In this document: in pieces, positions 7,966 through 18,256 of the stretch
Position numbering within the stretch: position 1 is the first letter of the stretch
Layout of the letters: each line of letters begins with the position of its first letter
Translations under genes and position numbers: made by a program
From: a virus
Taxonomy: Duplodnaviria > Caudoviricetes
IMG/VR virus record: IMGVR_UViG_3300005529_000038
Span: 1 to 62,290 of that record
Reading direction: 5' to 3' (one strand)
DNA: 62,290 nt
The notes under the pieces: model-generated
Databases searched by the model: none
The model's input: only the letters and a program-made list of their open reading frames with translations
What the model was told of the DNA's origin: nothing

Positions 7966-8265
7966 ATGGCTAACTTCGGTGAGATGGGCGTCGCGTTGCT
8001 GGTTGCTCGGCACAGCATCGAGAATGAGATCGCGCGCGTGCGCCAGGTCGCCGGGCGGATCGGGCTGCACAAGGGCAGCGTGATGATCGCGATCGAAGGT
8101 TTCGAGCGCGACATCCACGCGATCGATGAAGCGGCGTCCTTGCTCAAGCTGATGGCCGAGCATGAGGCCGAGATCAGGGAGTTCGTGAAGCGCAAGGGCA
8201 GCGCCGGCAAGACCTGGATGGCGCGCCTGATGGATGTTGCGACGGCTGCCAGCCTGATGCTCTGA
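7966..8265 (+). CDS. Hypothetical protein
   Basis: 99 aa ORF with RBS, in operon. Confidence 0.55.
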   Translation: MANFGEMGVALLVARHSIENEIARVRQVAGRIGLHKGSVMIAIEGFERDIHAIDEAASLLKLMAEHEAEIREFVKRKGSAGKTWMARLMDVATAASLML

Positions 8266-8267
8266 CA

Positions 8268-8657
8268 ATGGCAGAGCGCAAGCGTTCATTCCGCTACACC
8301 ACCAAGTCCGTCGCGCAAATTCGGGAGTACGCGCGGCGGCGGATGGACGCAGTGCGCATTGCCGACAAGATGCATTGCCGGGTCTCGACGGTCGAAGCGA
8401 TCTGCGCCAAGCATCAGATCGCCCTGGTTGCCATCGCCGACGGCGCCCCGCCGGTCGGTGTCCACACGATCGACGGCAAAGCCACGCGCGTGCGCTACGC
8501 CGTAGTCAACGTCACGATCGCGCGCGATCTCCTGGCAAAAATCATCGATGAGGCGGCGCGGCGCGGCACCAAGCCGCAGAGCCTGATCGGCCGCCTCGCC
8601 GAGGTGGTGGCGCGAGACAATTTATTTTCCGCGGTGTTCGATGACTTCAGAACCTGA
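8268..8657 (+). CDS. Hypothetical, possibly DNA-binding protein
   Basis: HTH-like IADKMHCRVSTVEAI and a ribbon-helix-helix-like C-terminus. Confidence 0.5.
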   Translation: MAERKRSFRYTTKSVAQIREYARRRMDAVRIADKMHCRVSTVEAICAKHQIALVAIADGAPPVGVHTIDGKATRVRYAVVNVTIARDLLAKIIDEAARRGTKPQSLIGRLAEVVARDNLFSAVFDDFRT

Positions 8658-10488
8658 CAGGCCCAAACGCACCAAGCAGGGCGCGCTGACCGAGCGCGTG
8701 GCCATGCTGTTGCTGGGGCAGCCGTCGGGCGTCGACCCGGCGAAGGGACAGGTCCGCTTCAATGACATCGTCGTCAACTACACGACCGGCCGCTACTACG
8801 ATATGGAGGAGGAGGAGGGCGGCGATCACCTCGCGCTGATCCGCAAGTTCAAGCGGCTGGAGAACGGGCAGGCCGAGGCCTGGCTCGAGGAGCACGTCAC
8901 CAAAGCGCCGCGCACGGTCGCGCCTGAATTGGAGGCCGAGCGCATCCTGATCGGATTCCTGGCGATGCGGCCCGACCTGATGGCCGTCATCGAGGAGGAG
9001 ATCACCGCCGATGCCTTCGTGCTGCCGCTGCACAAGCAGCTGTTCGATGCCATCTTCCACTGGACCGACCCGACCAAGCCGGTCAGCTCCAAGCGCTTGA
9101 TTGACGCCGGCAGCGGCGATCCGATGGCGCCGGTGGCCGGCGCCGATGGCTTCACGCTGGCCACCTACATCGCCAAGCTGATCGCGGAAGCACCGAGCGA
9201 GATCCCGGACGCGGCGCATTTCGTCCGATCGCTGGCAACGCGGATACGGTCCGAGGCCAACCGCGAGGGCGAGGTCGAGGACGATTATGATCTCGAGCCC
9301 GAACCGCCGCCGTTCGAATCGAAGTTCGGCGGCATCCCGTTCGAAGCGCTCGATGAGCCGGGTCCGGAGCATGAGCACCTGATCGACGGCATCCTCACCG
9401 TCGGCGACAAGTCGATCATCGGGGGCGCCTCCAGGTCGGGCAAGTCGTTCCTGGCGATCGACATGGCGATGAGCATCGCCACCAAGCGCAATTTCTTCGG
9501 CCACAAGGTCATGAAGCAGGGGCTAGTCGTCTACCAGGCCGGCGAGGGCACGCGCGGCATCAAGAAACGGTTCCGCGCCTGGCGGCAGTATTACCAGCTC
9601 GACCCGGCGACCAAGATCCCGCTGTTCATCCTGCCGGCCAAGGTCGACATTCACTCGGCCGACGGCGACACCGGCAAGCTGATCGACGAGCTCGCCGGCA
9701 TCGAACGGCTCTACAACATGCCGATCGTCGCGTTCTTCATCGATACGCTGGCGCAGGCCTCCGGCGCCGCTGACGAAAATTCCGGCAAGGACATGAACCT
9801 GGTGATGAGCAACGTCACCAAGATCGCCGACGCATTTCCCGACATGCACGTCTGCCTCGTCCACCACATGAACGCCGGCGGCACCAAGCTGCGCGGCCAC
9901 ACCTCGGTGGCCGCCGGCGTCGATCAAGTCATCCTGGTCACGCGCGATGAAGCCAACCCGCGCATCCGCACCGCGGTGCTCGACAAGCAGAAGGATGAGG
10001 AGGACGGCGCCAAGATCGTCTTCGAGCTCCAGCGGATCGTGATCGGGCACCGCCCGATCGACCGGCAGGAGATCACCTCATGCGTGCCGCTGCCGCTGGG
10101 GGCCGAAGTCAGCATGACGGCCAGGGGCCCGATGATGGACCGGTCGCAGCGGCTGTCGACCGGCCAAGCCGTGATCTTCCAGGCCCTGAAGGACGCGATT
10201 GCCGATGAGGGGATTCCGACGCCGCCGACCCTGAAGCTGCCGAAGGCCATCACCCGGGTGGTCGACGTCCGGCATTGGCGCAGTCACGTCCGGGCGAAGG
10301 CCGACGATATTTCGGACAGCGCGATCAACAAAGCGATGAAAGCAGCATCTGAGAAACTTTTGTTTCTTAAGCTGATCGGCCGGGTCAATCCCTACGTCTG
10401 GCTCACCAACCGCGGAACCGTGAACGTCTCCGACCCGTCGCATGGGCATGTCGGGGCGCCCGATCAGGCCGAGTTCCCAGAGGGCTGA
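8641..10488 (+). CDS. RecA-type (AAA_25/RepA-like) replicative helicase with DnaB-N-like region
   Basis: Walker A GASRSGKS, YQAGEG, FFIDTL, DENS, VHH, LRGHTS, KQKD; AERILIG motif. Confidence 0.85.
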   Translation: MTSEPDRPKRTKQGALTERVAMLLLGQPSGVDPAKGQVRFNDIVVNYTTGRYYDMEEEEGGDHLALIRKFKRLENGQAEAWLEEHVTKAPRTVAPELEAERILIGFLAMRPDLMAVIEEEITADAFVLPLHKQLFDAIFHWTDPTKPVSSKRLIDAGSGDPMAPVAGADGFTLATYIAKLIAEAPSEIPDAAHFVRSLATRIRSEANREGEVEDDYDLEPEPPPFESKFGGIPFEALDEPGPEHEHLIDGILTVGDKSIIGGASRSGKSFLAIDMAMSIATKRNFFGHKVMKQGLVVYQAGEGTRGIKKRFRAWRQYYQLDPATKIPLFILPAKVDIHSADGDTGKLIDELAGIERLYNMPIVAFFIDTLAQASGAADENSGKDMNLVMSNVTKIADAFPDMHVCLVHHMNAGGTKLRGHTSVAAGVDQVILVTRDEANPRIRTAVLDKQKDEEDGAKIVFELQRIVIGHRPIDRQEITSCVPLPLGAEVSMTARGPMMDRSQRLSTGQAVIFQALKDAIADEGIPTPPTLKLPKAITRVVDVRHWRSHVRAKADDISDSAINKAMKAASEKLLFLKLIGRVNPYVWLTNRGTVNVSDPSHGHVGAPDQAEFPEG

Positions 10489-10673
10489 AACGCGAAATTC
10501 CGCGACAACCAAAACGCAAAACGCCCTACGTCACGATGGCGCAAAATGGCGCCAAAACAACCATAGGAATTTTTGGCTTAAGTATCTGATCCAGCTGATA
10601 GACGTTGGTTCCAAACAACCTTTTCCAGAAAAGGTTGTCGGGAGCGAGGTTGTTTTATTCCCCGACCGATCAC

Positions 10674-10973
10674 TTAGCGCAATCCGGTGGCCGCCTCTAT
10701 GGCGGCCTTTTTGCACCGTTCCCAGAGCTGGTTGTCGAGCCGGCGGAGCCTGACGGCATCGATCCGGTCGGGCGATCCGGCCGGGTAGTGCCAGGGCGGG
10801 TTATCGCCGAATCGGCGGCGGTACCGGCGCGCCAGGCGTGACCGCCGGCGGCGCCAGGCGGCCGGCGCGAGGCGCCAGTGCTTGCCGCAAATGATCTCGC
10901 TGCAATGGGGGAATTTGGCGCGCGATGCGGTGCGCCGGCAGTAGGGGACGCAGCACGGGATGCGGTCGGTCAC
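10674..10973 (-). CDS. Cys-rich hypothetical protein
   Basis: RIPCCVPYCRRT...ICGKHW; GTG start overlaps the upstream TGA. Confidence 0.65.
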   Translation of the reverse strand: MTDRIPCCVPYCRRTASRAKFPHCSEIICGKHWRLAPAAWRRRRSRLARRYRRRFGDNPPWHYPAGSPDRIDAVRLRRLDNQLWERCKKAAIEAATGLR

Positions 10974-11261
10974 AGCTGGGCCCAGCACCGCCAGCAAACA
11001 GCCGCCAGGTTCGCCCGGCGCGCTCGCCCGGTGGACAATCTGATTCGGGCACCATGCGCACGTCACGACGACGTCCGCATCGTCGGCGGGCGGCGGGTCG
11101 CGCGGCTCGCCCACGATGGCACAGATCAGGACGCCTTCGCCCGGATCAAGCTTGGCGATCTCGGCATTGGCCATGACCCGCGCGCGCCGGCGGCCTGGGT
11201 GGTCCGCCGGCCATTCGGCATCGGTGCGGGTGGTGATGGCGGTGATGATGCGCTTGGTCAT
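10970..11261 (-). CDS. Zn-finger-like protein with apparent +1 indel at 11014-11016
   Basis: Removing one base gives CAWC...ANLAAVCWRCWAQL-stop. Confidence 0.55.
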
Positions 11262-11530
11262 GCCCGCAACCTTTTCAGGATCGTCGTGGCCATGGCGTCG
11301 CGGAAGGCCGGGCTGGCGGTGTTATCGGCGACCTGGGCGAAGGTCTCGAGCAGCGCGGCCACCGGGCCGCTCGGCCCGTCGCCGTTCTGCCATTTGCGGA
11401 TGGTGTTGGCGCCGTTGCGCTCCGGGTCCTCGAGCCCGCAGAGCTTCGCCATCTCGGCACGCGTGAGCCGGCGGCCGATGGTGGCGATGCCGATCGTGGC
11501 GCGCAGGTCGTTGAGATCATCGCCGTTCAT
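11258..11530 (-). CDS. Small HTH (XRE-like) regulator
   Basis: LTRAEMAKLCGL...ANTIRKWQNG.GPSGPVAALL. Confidence 0.7.
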   Translation of the reverse strand: MNGDDLNDLRATIGIATIGRRLTRAEMAKLCGLEDPERNGANTIRKWQNGDGPSGPVAALLETFAQVADNTASPAFRDAMATTILKRLRA

Positions 11531-11903
11531 GGGTTTCTCTCGCCGTGATGGCGTTGTTGTAGGCCGGCATCGCTTTGCCGGCGAGCGCGCACGAATAGCC
11601 GAATCGCTTGGCGTGATCGCCTCTGCAAAAATACAGGTCTTTGTAGCTGATGCGGTCCCAGACAAAGGCGGTGCGGACGCCGTCGCCACTGTAGACGACG
11701 GTCAGCACCTCATCGGTGCAGAGCCGCCGCACCTCAGCGAGGTTGGCCGGCAGCTTCGCCACTTCGACGATGGTCGGGCTGCCGTCCTCCGCGCGATTCT
11801 TCCACGGCGTCGCGTCGAGCACGAACATGATCATCCTGGAACGCTTGCCGATCGGCTTGCCGCAGTAGCGGCACAGCGGGGGAGCCTGCTTCACGTCGGC
11901 CAT
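11517..11903 (-). CDS. Hypothetical Cys-containing protein
   Basis: CRYCGKPI...FC...HAKRFG; coupled ORF. Confidence 0.6.
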   Translation of the reverse strand: MADVKQAPPLCRYCGKPIGKRSRMIMFVLDATPWKNRAEDGSPTIVEVAKLPANLAEVRRLCTDEVLTVVYSGDGVRTAFVWDRISYKDLYFCRGDHAKRFGYSCALAGKAMPAYNNAITARETHERR

Positions 11904-12184
11904 CAGTGCCTCTTTGCGCGGATGATGGCGCGGGCCTTGAGCAGGCTATCGAGTTCATGGTGCAGGATCGCGGCGCGCTTGACCGCGAAGCTGTAGCGCT
12001 CGGTCGACATGGTCGGGTAGGGGTCCTCTGGGCGCTGCGCCCGCTCCAAGGTGTGGGCCGCGGACAGCAGCTCGCCGGCGAGGCCGCGATAGATGGCGGC
12101 CACCTCACTGGCGAGCAGCAACACAAGCTGATGATGCGCGACCGCCGCAGGCGGCGGTGCCTTAGGTTTCTTGCGAGGCGTCAC
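11903..12184 (-). CDS. Hypothetical protein
   Basis: GGAGG RBS, GTG start, coupled. Confidence 0.5.
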   Translation of the reverse strand: MTPRKKPKAPPPAAVAHHQLVLLLASEVAAIYRGLAGELLSAAHTLERAQRPEDPYPTMSTERYSFAVKRAAILHHELDSLLKARAIIRAKRH

Positions 12185-12524
12185 GTCTTCCCTCCTCCTG
12201 CTCTCTTTCGAATTCGGCGATCGATTGCCAGCGCCGGCAGAATTCGACCAGCCAGAGGCGCTGTGCATCGGTGAGACGCGGATCGACCAGGTGTTCGTCG
12301 GCCGAGCCGAGCCAGGTGATGCGGTGCTTGAGACCGAAGGTTCGATATTCGATCTCGAGGATGGCATAGGTCAGCGGGTTGGAGCGCGCGTCGCGCATCG
12401 CTTCGTCGAGGTTGACGTAAGCGCGATCCGTGTCGCCGACCTGGATCAGGTCGCCCCAGCGCTGGCTGATGACGTGGCGCAGCTGGTGGCCGGCGATGGC
12501 CGGGTATTCGTTAAGCGATCTCAT
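12162..12524 (-). CDS. Hypothetical protein
   Basis: Coupled ORF in the leftward island. Confidence 0.55.
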   Translation of the reverse strand: MRSLNEYPAIAGHQLRHVISQRWGDLIQVGDTDRAYVNLDEAMRDARSNPLTYAILEIEYRTFGLKHRITWLGSADEHLVDPRLTDAQRLWLVEFCRRWQSIAEFEREQEEGRRDASQET

Positions 12525-12864
12525 GGGCCTCTCGCTTGCGCGTCTCGAGTCCGCGCGCGTGGCGTTCGGCGCCTTCGACCGACTTGAGCGCACGCTGCAC
12601 ATAGTCGGCCGCCTTGTCGGCGCCGGCCGCGCGCAGATGCGCGCGCGCAGCGCGGATCAGCATCGCCGCCAGCTTGATGTTGTCGGCCTTGGTGCGGTGG
12701 ATGTCTTCAAGCAACTTGACCTTGCCATCGCTTGTCTGGAGGCGTTTGATCTCCGCCAGCGCAAGGTCGGCTTGCGCCGACGGGCTGTCATTGTCTTCGT
12801 CCGGAACGTCGATCTTCAGCGCATCGAGAATGTCGTCGGTGAAGTCGGTACAGCTGTAGGTCAT
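12511..12864 (-). CDS. Hypothetical protein
   Basis: ATGA-coupled ORF. Confidence 0.55.
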   Translation of the reverse strand: MTYSCTDFTDDILDALKIDVPDEDNDSPSAQADLALAEIKRLQTSDGKVKLLEDIHRTKADNIKLAAMLIRAARAHLRAAGADKAADYVQRALKSVEGAERHARGLETRKREAHEIA

Positions 12865-13091
12865 GGCGCCACCCATCCGGTTGGCGAGGCCGGCATGCCG
12901 ATCGCGATGTAACACTCGGTGCAGGCGAAGTGCCCGTTCTCGCGGTTGTAGGTGCCCTCCTCGCGCTTGACGTAGTCGTCAGGCGTCATGCCGAAATCGT
13001 CGGCGGCCTCGATGTATTCCTCGATCTCCGCCGGTCGCTTGCCGCAGTAGGCACAGATCGGTCCTGGTAGCAGTCTCTTGATGTCAGTCAT
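12861..13091 (-). CDS. Small Zn-binding hypothetical protein
   Basis: CAYC...EEGTYNRENGHFACTECY. Confidence 0.65.
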   Translation of the reverse strand: MTDIKRLLPGPICAYCGKRPAEIEEYIEAADDFGMTPDDYVKREEGTYNRENGHFACTECYIAIGMPASPTGWVAP

Positions 13092-13093
13092 GG

Positions 13094-13375
13094 TCAGTCC
13101 TCATACACGTCGAGATCGGTCAGCTGATCCGCGTCGCGATCGAACAGGATGTAATCGGCGCCGTGCTGGCGCGCGTACGTCATGCAGGCGAAGGCGTCGG
13201 ACGGGATGCTGTCGTCGCCGTTCTCTTCATCGCAGTAGAGAAACCAACCGTAGGGCGCCACCCAATGGCTAAGGTTGCCCTGGTCGCTCGAAACGCGCTC
13301 GAGCCATTCACGCGTCGACGGCTTCAGATGCGCGGTCGACAGGTCCATGAAGTTGCGGAGGTTCGGGTGCGTCAT
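13094..13375 (-). CDS. DUF5983-like protein
   Basis: MDLSTAHL, YGWF, YILFDRDA motifs. Confidence 0.65.
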   Translation of the reverse strand: MTHPNLRNFMDLSTAHLKPSTREWLERVSSDQGNLSHWVAPYGWFLYCDEENGDDSIPSDAFACMTYARQHGADYILFDRDADQLTDLDVYED

Positions 13376-13737
13376 GCCAGCACCGATGCCATCGCTTCGT
13401 TCATGTCGGAGAAGTAGACGCGCCACTCTTCGCCGCGCCACACCGCGCGATCGTCGGGCGGCATGTGCTCGTCACCGTCGCCGACGACGATGTAGTGTGA
13501 CCACTCGCCGGCGGCGGCAGATGCGGCGTCGACCTTGATCAGCTTTGCGGCTCTTTCCCTGGCGCGCGCTTCAAGCCGCGCCTCGACCTTTTTGCGGTAG
13601 CGGTCGAATTCGGCGAGCGTCCGATCCTCCAGGTAAACCCAATGGTCGACGCCATCGCGCGGCGCGCGCAACTTGAAACCGAAGCCGTCGAACGATGCAT
13701 AAAGGCCGTCGTGCAGGTACTCTTCGCGGTCAGGCAT
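13372..13737 (-). CDS. Hypothetical protein
   Basis: YLHDGLYASFDG...LRAPR...VYLE. Confidence 0.6.
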   Translation of the reverse strand: MPDREEYLHDGLYASFDGFGFKLRAPRDGVDHWVYLEDRTLAEFDRYRKKVEARLEARARERAAKLIKVDAASAAAGEWSHYIVVGDGDEHMPPDDRAVWRGEEWRVYFSDMNEAMASVLA

Positions 13738-13738
13738 T

Positions 13739-13948
13739 TCAGCGCTCCCAGACCATGTTGTCATCCATGTCGAGGACGGCATAGACGCTTTCATCCTTGA
13801 TGTCGTCGCCGGCGCCCCAATCCTCGACCGTGCCATCGCGGAGCATGGCCTCGCCCCTAGCCATCGCAAGTTCCGGCGTGTCAGCCTCGATCATCACAAA
13901 CGCCGTCTCCTCGACGTATTGCTGTACGCACACTTTGAATTTCGGCAT
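13739..13948 (-). CDS. Small acidic hypothetical protein
   Basis: AAGGAG RBS; MIEADTPELA motif. Confidence 0.6.
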   Translation of the reverse strand: MPKFKVCVQQYVEETAFVMIEADTPELAMARGEAMLRDGTVEDWGAGDDIKDESVYAVLDMDDNMVWER

Positions 13949-14004
13949 CTGGTCTCCTTCTGATGTTCGGCGCCGCACGATCGCGGCGCCGTCTCTGAAG
14001 CCGC

Positions 14005-15078
14005 TTAACCGGCCATCTCCATCACCTTGCTCGCGGCGACGTCGAGCGCGGTCCGATCGGCGGCGTTCGGCATGTCGCGGGCGATCTCGGTCAGGCCGCC
14101 GGCATAGCCCCACACCGAGCGCGGCGAGCCGTACCAATCGACCCGCTGCTCGGCGAGGTCATAGGCCTCGCTTGCGACCTTCCTGGTGATCGCCGACAGC
14201 TTCAGCTTAAAGATCGCGTCGAGGACTTCGTCCTTGCTCGCGCCGATCTCGACCGTGCGCATGCGCTCGATCCGGGCTTCATCGTCGGCGGCCGAGCCCT
14301 CGGCATACTTGGCAACTTCGATCCGCATCTGATCGAAGGCCTTGCTTGCCTGGTCGTTGCCGATGTGGATGACCTTCACCTGCTCGACGTTCTGCATGCC
14401 CCAAATGCGATGGTTGCCGCAGATGTATTCGTACAGGAACGTCCAGAGGTTATAGGAGCCGTCACCGACTTCGCTGTTCGACGTGCAGAAGCCGCGGGAC
14501 AATCCGCCGCCGGGCAGCGTCTCGAAGATGCGCCGTTCGTTGTCGACCAGGAAGGCGAACATATCGCGCTCGCCAAGGTATAGGCCGCGCTTGCCGTCGA
14601 AGGCCGCCGGCGCCGGCTTCCACGTTCCCTCCGCCTCAAGGTCCAGCAACCGCGAGGTGATATCGCTGTTCCAGATCCTGGAGTACTTGCCGGAGGTGAT
14701 CGCCCGCGCTCGCGCAACATTGCCGCTCTTGCCGAACAGCATCATCGCGTCGGCATCTTCGGCGCGCTTATCGAGCCCGTCGTTGATGCACTCCGCCGCC
14801 AGCGGCGCGGGCAGCTGGGCGAGGTAGCCGGCGGGCGCCTTGGCGCGCTCGCAGACCTGCCGGAAAGCCCAATTGCTCATTCCGGCGCCGTCATACTGCG
14901 GCAGGATCAGATCATCGCCCTGGGCCGCGACGCGCAACGCATTGGCCTTGATCTGCTCGACCGTGGCGGTGGTCCGCCACTTCGACGCCGCGGCGTGAAG
15001 CTCGGCGATGCTCTTGAAGCATTCATCGTCCGGCCGACTTGCCCATTGGCGATGGGCGATTTCCATCATGCTCGACAT
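14005..15078 (-). CDS. DUF932-family protein
   Basis: QWASRPDDE.F, YSRIWN, RGF..SNSEVG, ICGNHRIWG. Confidence 0.75.
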   Translation of the reverse strand: MSSMMEIAHRQWASRPDDECFKSIAELHAAASKWRTTATVEQIKANALRVAAQGDDLILPQYDGAGMSNWAFRQVCERAKAPAGYLAQLPAPLAAECINDGLDKRAEDADAMMLFGKSGNVARARAITSGKYSRIWNSDITSRLLDLEAEGTWKPAPAAFDGKRGLYLGERDMFAFLVDNERRIFETLPGGGLSRGFCTSNSEVGDGSYNLWTFLYEYICGNHRIWGMQNVEQVKVIHIGNDQASKAFDQMRIEVAKYAEGSAADDEARIERMRTVEIGASKDEVLDAIFKLKLSAITRKVASEAYDLAEQRVDWYGSPRSVWGYAGGLTEIARDMPNAADRTALDVAASKVMEMAG

Positions 15079-15220
15079 TCACACTCTCCTGGTTGTGGCG
15101 GGCCGTCGGCCCTCCGGTGAAAAACTCGATTACCCGATCTCGCCTTGGCCGGCGCCAGCACGGGGCGGCGCTTCAGCCAGCTTGCGGCGACCAGCACGCC
15201 GGCGGCAATCCAGATGGCGG

Positions 15221-15829
15221 TCATGCGGCAACTCCGATCGCTGCGGCCTTCGCCGCCAGATTCCGCCGCCTGGTCTCCGCGGCCTTCAGGCCCGCGGCCC
15301 GCCAGTCGACCGGCTTCTTTGCCGGCTTGACGATCGCCGCGACCGCCTTCGCATCCGCCGCCGAAACGGCCTTGGAGAATTCGGGCTCGCTCGACGCGGC
15401 CGCGGCTCGCGCGGCCTTCTCAATCATCGCGGCCCGGTACATCGATTCGACGGCATCGGGCTTCCGCTTGGCCCACGACGCGGCCAGCGCACCCGCCAGC
15501 GCGCGGGAATGCTCGGCCCTGATCCGCGCGCCAACGTCTCGGCAAGGCGCATCAGCGGCGGCCAGACCGGCCTTCCACCAAGCATTGTTTTTGGCGTGGA
15601 TGGCGCGCTCAATCGCGGCCGCATAGGCGTCCCGGTCCGCCCGGGACATGGCGGACACGCTGCCGGCGGCCGCGGCGATCTTGCGGAACTTGGCGACCGA
15701 GGCGCCCATTTCGGGATAGGCCGGGCCAAGCTCGGCATCGAGCGAGCTGCGGCCATCTTCAATCCGCTTCAGCGCAGCTGCCGACAATTCGGCGCGCTCG
15801 CCGCGGGTCATTTTGAGAAGGGAAGCCAT
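15221..15829 (-). CDS. Ala-rich basic hypothetical protein, first gene of the island
   Basis: 202 aa directly after the promoter; C-terminal AAGLKAAETRRRN. Confidence 0.6.
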   Translation of the reverse strand: MASLLKMTRGERAELSAAALKRIEDGRSSLDAELGPAYPEMGASVAKFRKIAAAAGSVSAMSRADRDAYAAAIERAIHAKNNAWWKAGLAAADAPCRDVGARIRAEHSRALAGALAASWAKRKPDAVESMYRAAMIEKAARAAAASSEPEFSKAVSAADAKAVAAIVKPAKKPVDWRAAGLKAAETRRRNLAAKAAAIGVAA

Positions 15830-15876
15830 GTCCGGAACTCCATTGCTGGCGGGCCGATGGCCCTGGGGACAAGGAG

Positions 15877-15905
15877 AATATACGACATGGCGACGTAGGA
15901 AGCAA
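15877..15905 (-). promoter_or_regulatory. Sigma70-like promoter containing a 17-bp operator
   Basis: TTGCTT-17-TATATT, operator TACGACATGGCGACGTA at 15881-15897. Confidence 0.75.
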
Positions 15906-16027
15906 GGGGTTTTGGAACGAAATTTTGTTGCGTTGTTGCCTGGCGCAACACTGTTTCACGCTTGTTTCATATGAAACAGGCCCGGGATTGAGTGATTTTT
16001 GAGTATTTTCGGAGCATATCCGAGGCG

Positions 16028-16309
16028 ATGACGCCCGACAAGATCAGCGCCCTGGTCGAGGCCTTCCTGGCCGAGCTGCCCGAAACGGTGCGCGCGACGC
16101 CTCAGGCGCGCGCTGAGGCCGAGCTGTCGGTCGAGCGGGTGATCTTCCTTGTCGACGCCAAACGCCGCACGGGCGGCCTCGCAGGCCTCAACGCGGCCTA
16201 TCGGGAGGGAAGGCAAGCGGGCGAGATCAGGGTGAGCTACGCGGCTTGGTTTGAGCAGCTTATCGAGGCCGAGGTCCGCGCGGCGGCACATACTTTCCAG
16301 CGCAGTTGA
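16028..16309 (+). CDS. Hypothetical protein
   Basis: GAGG RBS before MTPDKIS. Confidence 0.45.
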   Translation: MTPDKISALVEAFLAELPETVRATPQARAEAELSVERVIFLVDAKRRTGGLAGLNAAYREGRQAGEIRVSYAAWFEQLIEAEVRAAAHTFQRS

Positions 16310-16541
16310 AGCCGCCGAGATCCTCCTCGACCAGGAGATCGCCGGCCTGGACGTCGTCGAGGACGCGGCCGCGCTGGTAGTAGTGCTCCGGCCGCGGCGT
16401 TGGATCGCCGCGGGTTTTCCACACCCGCCGATAGCTACGGAGGTTCCGCTCCTCCTGCAATTCGCGCGACCACCAGCCGAGCACGAAGGCCAGCGCCAGG
16501 CCGGCAACGATCAGGATCAGCACAAGCCAGTCTGGCAGCAT
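16260..16541 (-). CDS. Small membrane protein
   Basis: N-terminal hydrophobic helix WLVLILIVAGLALAFVLGWW. Confidence 0.45.
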   Translation of the reverse strand: MLPDWLVLILIVAGLALAFVLGWWSRELQEERNLRSYRRVWKTRGDPTPRPEHYYQRGRVLDDVQAGDLLVEEDLGGFNCAGKYVPPRGPRPR

Positions 16542-16778
16542 GCGGGTCTCCGGTTATGAAAAACGCCCCGCGGAGCCGGCTCGGAACCGCGAGGCGTTCT
16601 GGCTCCCCGGAAGAGACCACCTGTCAGAGTCGAGCCCTCAGGGGAAACGTCACCATGACGCTTTCGCGCTACGACGTCAAGTCGCAATCCGCGCGCGCGG
16701 CGCGCTGTGCAAAACGCATATCTGTGCGACTCGGTACGAAATTTATGGAAAGCCGAGCCGGTTTCATATCGCAACCAC

Positions 16779-16917
16779 CCGGGGAGTTTTTTTCTACGCC
16801 ATCATGTCGTATAGGTTGTTTCGACCTTAAGCCGCTGGCCGCGCTCGCAAACTGCATCAATCTTTCCACTGTCACAGGAATAGAGGAACACGCCATGGTG
16901 GCGTAAAAACTCCCCGG
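16779..16917. repeat. About 30-bp imperfect inverted repeat, each arm containing the 17-bp operator
   Basis: CCGGGGAGTTTTTTTCTACGCCATCATG ... CATGGTGGCGTAAAAACTCCCCGG. Confidence 0.75.
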
Positions 16918-17484
16918 CGGATTTCTCGACTTCCTTTCAAATATTATTCCTCCGCAAAATCAGGCACCTCCAGAATCTTATCCACATTTTCCACTGCTCC
17001 TCTATTGACACGCGGTTTTTCGGAATGCTCCCTTCGCGCGGCCTCCACCCCGCGCAATCTCTTCCATCCCGTGCTGCTTCGAAGCGCGAGGGGCGCACCA
17101 AGCGCCCCCGATAGAGCGCGGGCATCTGGGACGACGCCACAAACGCCTTTCCGAGGTCTCCGCTCCGGGTTTTGGTGAGAGGTGTGTCTTCTCGACGTTC
17201 TACAGCGAACCCGCGGACTCGCGCTTGAGGCGCGGTCCGGCTCACAACGATCACGCCAAGACCTATTCGAAATCACCATCAGCACCGAGGCCTGCCGAGC
17301 CTCTGAAAAATTGGGGCGATCCGCGCGTGTGCCGATGGCCGGGGCCGTCCCGGTCAAAACGACACCGTGTCGCTTTTTCTGTGCGCCACCACCCGGAGCT
17401 TCACACGTCGTTAAGACGTATGGGGGAAGGTTCCACCCGCATCACGGTCTGCGCCGGTTCGCGCGCGAATGTCGGATGGGGAGT

Positions 17485-17820
17485 ATGCTTGGCATGTTCA
17501 AGCACATTGGGACGCAGTTGATGCTCGCGGGCGCTCGACTGAGCGCCGGGCCCGCCTTCAACCTGGAGGCGCTGCAGCGTCAGCTCGAGGCCGCTAAGGC
17601 CCGCAGCTCATTCGAGAAGCGCACCGCGACCGAGCGCAAGACCACCTTCCACGTTGCCAATGGTCAGCGGGAGCGCGAGCGGCGGATGCGCCAGGGCGCG
17701 CATGAGCGCCAGCTCGCCAGCCATCGCGACGTGTTTCGCTGGAATGATTTTCCGAGGTCTCTCGACGGCACGCAGTTCCGGAGCGTCAAGCCTGCGCACA
17801 TCTTCGGGCGCGACGCATGA
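17485..17820 (+). CDS. Hypothetical protein
   Basis: 3' part of ORF 17182..17820, GGGGAG upstream, start uncertain. Confidence 0.45.
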   Translation: MLGMFKHIGTQLMLAGARLSAGPAFNLEALQRQLEAAKARSSFEKRTATERKTTFHVANGQRERERRMRQGAHERQLASHRDVFRWNDFPRSLDGTQFRSVKPAHIFGRDA

Positions 17821-18256
17821 CCAAGCTGGCCGAATCGATCTTCGATCCCACCTACCTTCTGAGCGATGCGAAGCTCGCGCTGCGCGCGCGCATCTGCCTG
17901 GCTTTCGGCATGGCCGGCTTTGCGGCTATGGTCACCTTGCTCGTTCTCGCAGTCAGGAAACCACCCCATGACGAATTCCGTTCGGCACCCGCACTTGCGA
18001 AACCGGCAATCGCGCTCGGCCACGTTTCCTCAGCCTCTGAGGTTGGAGACACCGGCGCCATCCAAGCCGCAACGGGGGACGATCCCGCTGGTCTTCCTCG
18101 CGGTCTATCTCGGCTACATGGTGGTGATCGGATTGATCTTGAGCCCCAGCGCACCGGCCTGGGTGAAGGCCTTCCTGCAGTAATAAACCCCGAGAAGGGC
18201 GGCGATCGATCGACTGTCGACGCATCGGCGCCGGCACGCCGCCCGTGGGGGTCTCA

